Shown: positions 1 to 9,000 of the stretch, piece by piece | Position numbering within the stretch: the first letter of the stretch is position 1 | How the letters are laid out: each line of letters opens with the position of its first letter | Virus record (IMG/VR): IMGVR_UViG_3300044970_000999 | Span: 1 to 63,492 of that record | DNA from: a virus | Taxonomy: Duplodnaviria; Caudoviricetes | Direction: 5' to 3' (one strand) | Length of the DNA stretch: 63,492 bases | Notes under the pieces: generated by a model | Databases searched by the model: none | Told to the model about the DNA's origin: nothing | The model's input: only the letters and a program-made list of their open reading frames with translations | Position numbers and translations under genes: made by a program

Positions 1-3000
1 GGATATGTTTTACCATCAATTTTAGTTGTTAACTCAGGTAAGAAACTATCTTGAGGAGTTGGGAATGTTCTGTGCCATACATCTCTATTAATGCCATCTA
101 CACCAAATATATATCCGGTTCCAGCTTGAAGATCTAACATAGCATTTTCTGGTCCTAATCTTTCTATAGAGAAATTACCTTTACCACCTAGATTAATACC
201 AATAACTGGATACTTAATGGCAGACCTACTTTCATCTACATCATTATGCGAGGATATAAATGTATCTTTTTCATATAGATTTATAATAGCTCCATCATAA
301 TTAGTCATATCTACACCTGTAGCTTTTTGCATTAGTTCTCTAAACCTTGGTGTAATTTCTCCTAAAGGTTGACCATTAATTGATTCATTATAATAACCAT
401 ACTTAGTTTTGTTTCCTGGATTAATTACATCAGGTATTTCAACTGCTTGTCTACCTACGTTATTATTTTTATAATCCCATCTTAGTCCAAGACCAATCAT
501 TTTACTAGCATTAGCAGCTTTAAGTGTTTTAGCAGCTTGTTCTTCTAAGAATGGTTTTAGATAGTTAAATAGTTCAAGTTGTTCTTCTTTTGTAAGGGCT
601 CCTTGATTTACATAGATACCTTCTTTAACTTCTTTACCTTTTGGTTTATTTGTTTTTCTTACACTAGGTTGAGTAGGACCTTCACCCTCCTTAAACATTT
701 GGTATCCTGTTTCTAAATCTACATTTTCATAGTATACTGTACCTGCCATATCTGAGTCTGCACCTATCTCCACCATGTCATACAAGTTATTGTCATTCAA
801 TAACCAAGCTGTACTATTTGGCATACCTTGTTGTCTCCCATTATAGAATTCAGAAAACTTAGTATTTGGTGTTGTCCATCTTTTAGGTTTAACACCATTA
901 TTTTTTATTAATACTGAATTATAAAGTTTAACATCTTCATCTAAGATAAGTCTGTCTCCTCTTTTAAATTCTTCAGGTATACTTTGTTTTCCTTCATTTA
1001 TATCAAACTCTTCTTCCCCTGCTTTTTGAAGTTCTATATCCACTTGCGTGGCTATTTGCTCCATGTCACTATTATAATAAATATTACGAGGACTTGCAAA
1101 AATATTAAAATTAGAAGCCTCTAAAGTTTTATTAAAAATAGTAGCAAGGACTAAATCAGAAACATATAAGTTGTCAAACTTTTCATTAGTTTCAATATAG
1201 TTACTCATAAATGCAGGAGTGATATCTTGCATTAAAGATTTATATTGTGTAGAATCTAGTCCTTTTACAAAGCCTGTTGTGGTCTTTCCAATACCATGTT
1301 GATAATACATCATCAATGAAAACACATTGAATAGATCACTGATTCTTTTATCTTTAGAAGCAATCAATGGATCATTTTTAGGATTATCTAATTTTTGTAT
1401 AGAGTAATCCCCCAACTGTCTTATTTGATTAAAATACTCTTGAGCTAAAGCACCCTTTATATCATTTCTATTATTTAGTCTTATAATTTTATAACCATCT
1501 CTATTTCTTTGTGGAGATATCTGAGATAGTATAGTAAATTTTTCAAATAATGCCGGGTAGTTTTCTAATGAATTAAGAAGCTCTAGGATATTATCTCTAT
1601 AACTATATTTAGTTTTACCCATGATATACATAGGATTATAACTATTTAGTAATGCTCTTTCAGATATATATTGTTTATATGCATTTTCCGCATTACCATC
1701 ATTTTTAGCAACAAGACTAATAAAGTAATCATCATTACTAAGAGTATCTATACTATTTTTACTTTCTAGTATTGCTCTTTCTATATTATATCTGTAAAAT
1801 GATCTTAAACTTATAAAAGGATCTTGACCCAATTTAAATGTATCATACCCCCTACCTTCATATGATGTTTCTGGATTCCTATTTTCTAAATAGTTTTTAG
1901 TAGCATAATCAAATTCAATAAGTCTTGTATTTACTATAATTTTATCTTCTTGAACTAATACAGGAGTATTTATATCATTATTTATTTCAATTGTTTTTTT
2001 ATCAGTGCTTTGTGGTAAATTAGATAGTTTACCACTTTCATCATAAAAGTTTGTTTGATAATTTTGATATATATAGTTAATTAGATTATTACCAAAAGCT
2101 CTTGTGAAATTAGCTCTTCCATCAGCACCTCTACCATATTTTAAAATAATTTCAGCTCTTGTATTATCAATACCTCTTTTTAAGAAGCTAGTTATTTTTT
2201 CATTAAGTTTTATTTCAAATAGGGGAGTAACCAAATCAATTGTTAAGTCATCAAACATTAATGAAGATATAACAGACTGCTTTGTCATATATTTTACAAA
2301 GTCTTGATCTATTTCTTCATCTTTTTCAAAAGTTTTTAATACATTTTTTCTATCTTTTGCTTCTTGTACTGTTGTTAGTTTAGATGTATCTGGAGAAAAT
2401 GCTTGTTCAAAGTCACTCATTCTTGAGTATTGATTTTCTAATTCTAAATAATGCAAGAAAATTAAAAGAGCTTTACTACTTGACGCATCCTGAATATTTA
2501 GAACACTATATAAATCAGATTTAGTAATTTTATCTTTATTTGTAAGATTAACTTTTGCTAATTTTTCAATTAAAAAATATAAATTTTCTTTATGAGACAA
2601 CCAATTTGCACCTAATATTCTATTGTAAATTTTAGTACTTTCTTCATCAGCTGATCTGATTCCGGATATTAAATTAGGGTTTATCTTTTTTGTGTTTAAA
2701 GAATTTCTTAAATCTTTTACAGTTGTGTTTTCTATATTTTTACCTATAGTAACAGTAATTTTCAAATCTTCGGGTAAAGATTTTAACGTTGCTGATAACT
2801 TATCATTACTAACATCAGCTATTAATTTTTTTATTTGATCCTCATTTAATTGAGAATTTAATACATCTAAAATTATCTCATTTTTAATTTCAAAATCTTT
2901 TTTAGAACCAAACAATGCATTATTAATAGATGAATTATTCATCTTTTGCATATTTAAATACTTTGCAACTAGTGGTTGATTAAGTAAATAAACTATGTCT

Positions 3001-6000
3001 TCCTGATCCATACCAGCTCTGGTTAAATAACCATAAACTGTCATTGCTTCAGGGACTAATTTTAATTCAAAAGGGAATGTTGCCTTAGCTCTATCCAATA
3101 CTCCTTGTAAAGAGTGAGATGTTGTATCAGATATGTTTTCTCCGGCTACATTATTTTCAGCACCAACTGAAACTACTTCTTCATTATTAGAATTTACTGT
3201 AGTATTAACATCAAATCTTACTTTTAATGGTACTTTTAATGTATCTGAGATTCTATATCTTGCTGGCATTTTTGCACCAGCAGCTTTATATAATGGAATT
3301 GATTTAGTCAATTTAGCTAAAATACCTAATGAAGGTTCAAGAGATAAATTAGCTTCATGAACATATAAATTATATCCAATAGTAAAGTGGCTTGTTGGAC
3401 TTGGAATTTTTTCACCTTTTGTATTTACATCAGAAGGTCTATTATCAACATTTTTAAACTTATCATAACCTGTTCTATTTGCAGTAACGTTTTCCTCATA
3501 CCTATCCATTAAATATGTACCATTAGGTTTGATTAATGTTACTGCATTTTCAGGAAGCATTAATATTTCTACAGATGCTTGTAAGTACTTGTTCTGTAAA
3601 TATTTTTTCTGTAAATTAATTAACTGTCTAGATGTAAGTCTACCTTCAGGAAGCTTGTTTTTCTTCTCAAGTTCTTTAGTCTCTTCTAAAACTTTATAAA
3701 AATTTTCTACTCCTTTGTCAATATAGTTTCCTTCAGAATCTATGTTAGGCATAGACATAAATAATTTATCCCCATCAAAATCTGACCCTGCTTTTGCTAC
3801 AATTTCAGTTGGTGTGATAATAGTATTACCAAATGACTCTGGTAAGAAATGCCAGACTGTAGCTGCTTCAATAGTATTGTGAGCATCATTAGGAATTCTA
3901 GGTCCAAATAGTGTAAGTGATTTTTTATTTTTTGCAAACCATTCAGGATTTTTAATTAATTGATTTAATCTTTCAATTGTTTCAATCTTATTTCCATCTA
4001 AATCTTTTGCATTAAGTAAATTTCTAAAGTCTCCTTGTAAAGCAATTGCAACTTTCATTTCTTCAGATCTAGTCTCTCCATTTATTAAATAAAAAGGAAG
4101 AGTATTAGTACCTAAAAGTTTTTGAATTTCTTTTAATTCAGTAAGACCTATGTAAGGAGAATCCCAAATACCATTTGTAAATGTTGCTGGAGATTGAACT
4201 AATGGCTCACCTTTAGTTTTTTGTTTAACAACCCCTCTTTGTATTAAACTTACAAGTAATTTTTCAATACTATCTGATTCAGGATGCAATGATAAATCCA
4301 TTGCAAGTTTTCCGTCATTATCTGTATTAATTAATTTTATTAAATGTTGTGGTGTATCTCTTTCTGTAAGTTCACTTCTGATTATTTCAACAAACTTTGT
4401 AAAATCACCAATTACTCTACCATCTATTAACTCAATACCTAACCCATTTAGTAGATCTTCTTTTAATAATTTTGAGTATTCTTTAATTGTATTAGAATAT
4501 TCATCTACAACAGCTTTATTATTTGAATTTTTTAATTCTCCATCTTCAAATAAGTTGTCTATTATAATAGCTCTTGTTTGTGTAGCAATTTGAAGTTCAC
4601 CCTTATAGGAGTCATTCATCACTGTTACCTCTTTAAGATTAGCTAAATAAATTGGATTATTTGTAAACTTAAATATATTCTCACCTTCATCATTAACTTC
4701 TGTATTTACAAACTTCATTTCTTTATCTGAAAAAACATTATCAGTTTTTCCATCTGAAGTTAAATAAGCACCTTTTGATCCTGAACCAAATGTTACAAGT
4801 TGAATATTTTGTTTTAACATTAGCTTATGAAGTTTTTCAAGCTCAGAACCAGCTACTGCATTTACACCAGGGATAAGTGGAATAACAGAAAATTTATACA
4901 TTCCTCTTACGGGTAAAACATCATTTTCAATTGTTCCAAAATAATGCAGTTTATAGATTGAATAAAACTGATCTATATCTTTTGATGTAATTGTTTCATT
5001 ATTAATTATTTTTTGATACAATGCTTCTTCAGCCAAGCTCCAACCTCTTCCTGTTTTCTTGAGTGTCCGGTATGCATCAAGTGTAACATATGCCATACCA
5101 TCTGATTCTTTCATTTTTTTATATAACTCAGCATCTGCTGCTGCTTTTTCTTTTGCAACTTCTGGACTAAATCTTTTTAGATAATCTTTTTCCCAAAGTT
5201 TTTGATATTCTTTAATATATATTGATTCTCTTACTGGATCTTCAATAACTGCTGAATTAAGTTTCTCAGAAAAAACAAAGTTATCATAATTAATACCTTC
5301 TTTTTCAGTTAGTTTAGAAGCATATGTTTCTTTATTAAATACATCATTTATAAAGCTTTGTGTTTGTTCATCAAACATAAACCCAATACCATCTGATGTA
5401 AGGCCAGGAATTCTTTTTGACCAGTCTTGTTTGCCGTGATCCCATTGTGCATGATCCCCAAATAATATAATACTTGTCTCATATTTGTGTATAAAATCAT
5501 TAAACATATATGATTTAAGCAATGCATTAACTAATTTATTATCTTTTTGAAATTGTTCAAGAGCATCACCAGACAAGTCTTCTCTTTTAATACCAACTTT
5601 TTCAAATAGAGATTTAGATATATAAGGTATGTTATTAAAGTATAAGGATTTTATATCTGACAAAATTTCATCAAAGTATTTTTTTATATCATTCTTAATC
5701 ATTGTACCAAGCTCTTTATCCACTTCTTTGACATAACTTAATATATCAATATCAGATTGTTGGTCTGCAAGTTCATACAATTTATTTTTTGTATTCTGAC
5801 TTAACATTCCTTTGAATGCTACAAAAGTTTCTCCAGAATAAAGTTCTTTACCGTTTTCAATAACTCTATTATTATATCCTTTAATTCTAAGATATTTATC
5901 TTTATCTGGGCCTCTAAACTTTTTAATTCTGTCATACTCTCCTTGGATATAGCCATACAAGTATCCTACTCTTGCAATTTGCTCACCTTCTTCTGTTAAA

Positions 6001-9000
6001 AATTTATTAGTATTTATATATAAATTTTTATCTGATTCAGAAGCATCAAAACCTAATCTTGCTTGGTCTATACCACCATTAATTTTAACTCCATATGAAA
6101 ACTTTTTATCAGAAGTTCTTGGAAGTTCAGCTACACCTGCTAAACTAAAACTATGGAATTCAAATATAAATTTAGATAGAGGGTCTAGATCAGTTGTGAC
6201 ATTTCCAGAATTATTTCCAAAATAATCTGTAAATGCAAATCCATCTTGAGCAAATACTTCTAAACTTTTATTTTTCTTTTTCTCACCTTTATTTTCAAAA
6301 TTGAATAATGTTGACATTATTTTAAGGTGTCTAACATGAGTATTTATTTCTGGATTAAGATGAGACATACTGTTATATCTTGGATCTGTCCAAAGTTGAT
6401 GCATATATTGAACTTGGTTTAATGCATATGCTGCAGCATGAAGTGAACTCCAGTTAACTTCCTTATAACCAACGGTTTGATTAGATCTAATTATAGCAGT
6501 ACTTGAACTATCATAACCATACATTATTTGTAGTTCAGCTAACCTTTTAAGCTGTGTAAGTTCGCTTACTTTACCTTTTTTACTTTTATCTAATACAGAT
6601 TCTGAGAAGCCAACAGATAAAACTTTTAAAGGATTTTTCTTAAAATTATTAAGTAAAAGTTTTTGTTCTTCAGTTATTGTTTCACCATTAGACTCTAAAA
6701 TATCTAGTTGATTTACTTTTTTAAGAATATCATAGATATATGCTAAACCATAATAACTAACGCTAGTAGGTTTATCTAACTCTTTTTTAATATTGTCATT
6801 GTCCTGTAATTCAATACCCAATATTTTTGCAAATTGTATTTGTTTATTTAAGTTTAAAGTATCACTTTTGCTATCCTTAAAATCTTTTACAACCTCAGAT
6901 AAGTTTAAAGATCTAATGTTATCTCTTGAAACATTTACATATTTACTTTTCTTAAGTGTCTCAAAAGTATTAATCCACTTAGTTACAACATTATCAACTG
7001 CAAGATCTGATTTTTTAACTATAAAGTCTAATTCTTTATCATCTTCTCTATAGTATGCATAAAGTTGTTGGTAATCAATCTGAGGTTTTGCAAAGTCTTG
7101 AAAAAATCCTCTTGCTAAATCAAATTCAAATGTATTAACTTCAGCTCCTGATTTATTAGGATCAGGAAATTTATATTTAAATAACTGTTTTAATTCTGGA
7201 AACTTTTCTGATTCTTCTTTTAACCTTGTATATGCTTCATTTCTATCTCTTATACCCCCTATTGTTTTAGCAACTATAGCAAAAGTTTTACTAAATTCTG
7301 CTCTCTCTATAATTCCAAATCTATCTTTTACAAAATTACCTTCTGAATCTACTTTCAATAATGTTTTTAAAACAAATATTGTTTGTTTACTCATTGTTTG
7401 TTGTAAAGATTGTTTTCCAGTTTTTTCATTATTCTGCTCTAGACCTCCTTTGTTTTCTTCTTCATCAACTAGTTCTCCATTTTCATCTAATTCTTGATCT
7501 TTATTTTGAATAACTGAATCATCTTCAACAGCATATTTTTTTCTAGATACTTCATAAGCTGTATTTTCCATATGGTATTTTATTATACCACTTTTTTCAT
7601 CACCCCAGTTTTTTAATGTAGTTTGTAATATTCTTACATTATCTCTAATAGTTTCTTGATCTTGATCAATCTCTACTTTATCTAAGACAGGTTGTTTTAT
7701 GAGTTCAGTAAAAACTTTAGCCTTAGCTTTTTTATAATTATCAAATTGAGTTTGTGCATCTTGTGATCTTGTAACTAGAACAATGTCTATATTTCTTCCA
7801 TTCTTTTTTATTGTCCCATGTTTGTAAAAATCACCAACTATTCTAACACTATCTTTATAATCCTCTCCTCTTACTCTTTCTCCTCTTTTTGTAGATGGTA
7901 ATAAGTTATTAAAGTCCCTAACTTGTGATGTTAAAAAGAAGTATTTATTTTTTCCATCAGAAGCTTTCATTACAGCAATGGCATTACTTTCTATCTCTTC
8001 TAATGTCTTTAACTCATTAAAATCTTTAACACCCTCTAGTGTTTTAAGTTTAGCTTCCTCTTGTCTTAAAATTTCTTCAAATTTTTCTCTAGCATCATTG
8101 TATAAATATGATTTATATTTTGGATTCATGAGTGCTGAAAGACTTACGCCAACACTTTTACTTTCTTCCTGAAGCTCATTTATTTTTTCAGCAAAAAAAT
8201 TGTCAATAGAATTAGAAATCAATAGACCATCCCCAGGAGATAATGCATCTTGTGATGGATATTCAACCTGTCTTGGTCCTCTATCTAATTGAGTAAACAT
8301 TTGATTATCAATACTTGGAGAGTACTTATTAAAGTCTCCAATATATAGTTCATTAAATAATCTTTGAGCCATTGGCGAGTTAAGACTATTTATAACTGTA
8401 TCTTGTTTTTTAAACTTCTTAAGCACCTTACCAAATAGTTGTTTTAAGAACTCAACTATTTTTCTAAATAAAGTATTTCTTTTTGGAGCTGCTTGTTTTG
8501 CTTTTCCTGTTTTAACATAGTTACGGAAATCTTCTGCAAGCATTTCTTCTAATTCTCTAAAGCTCATTTTACTATAAGGAGTATTTCCTTTAGCATCTTT
8601 GTAGTTCTTGAGCTCATTGTATAAATCTAACTTTTGTTGTTTAGTTAAAAACAACTGGGAGAATACGTGCCATGCTTCATGATAAATAGTAAGGTTTTGA
8701 TATATACTACCCATCTTTTTATTAACCTCTAACCTACCCATAATACTTGTATCAGCAAGAGTAGCACCTGCTACAATAAATCTTGCATATACATCTGAGT
8801 TTACAATGTTTGCCATATGACCAAACTCAATGAGTTTTCTCATTGGCTCCATCTCTTTACTATTCCACCAACTCTTAGCTTGTCTAACTTTTAGTGGACT
8901 AATAAATTCTGGCTTTATGCCTGACCTTTCAAAATACTTTTTATTTTTTTCAGATATTTTTTCTTCTTTAAATATATCATTTACTGGAGTATTATTCTCT

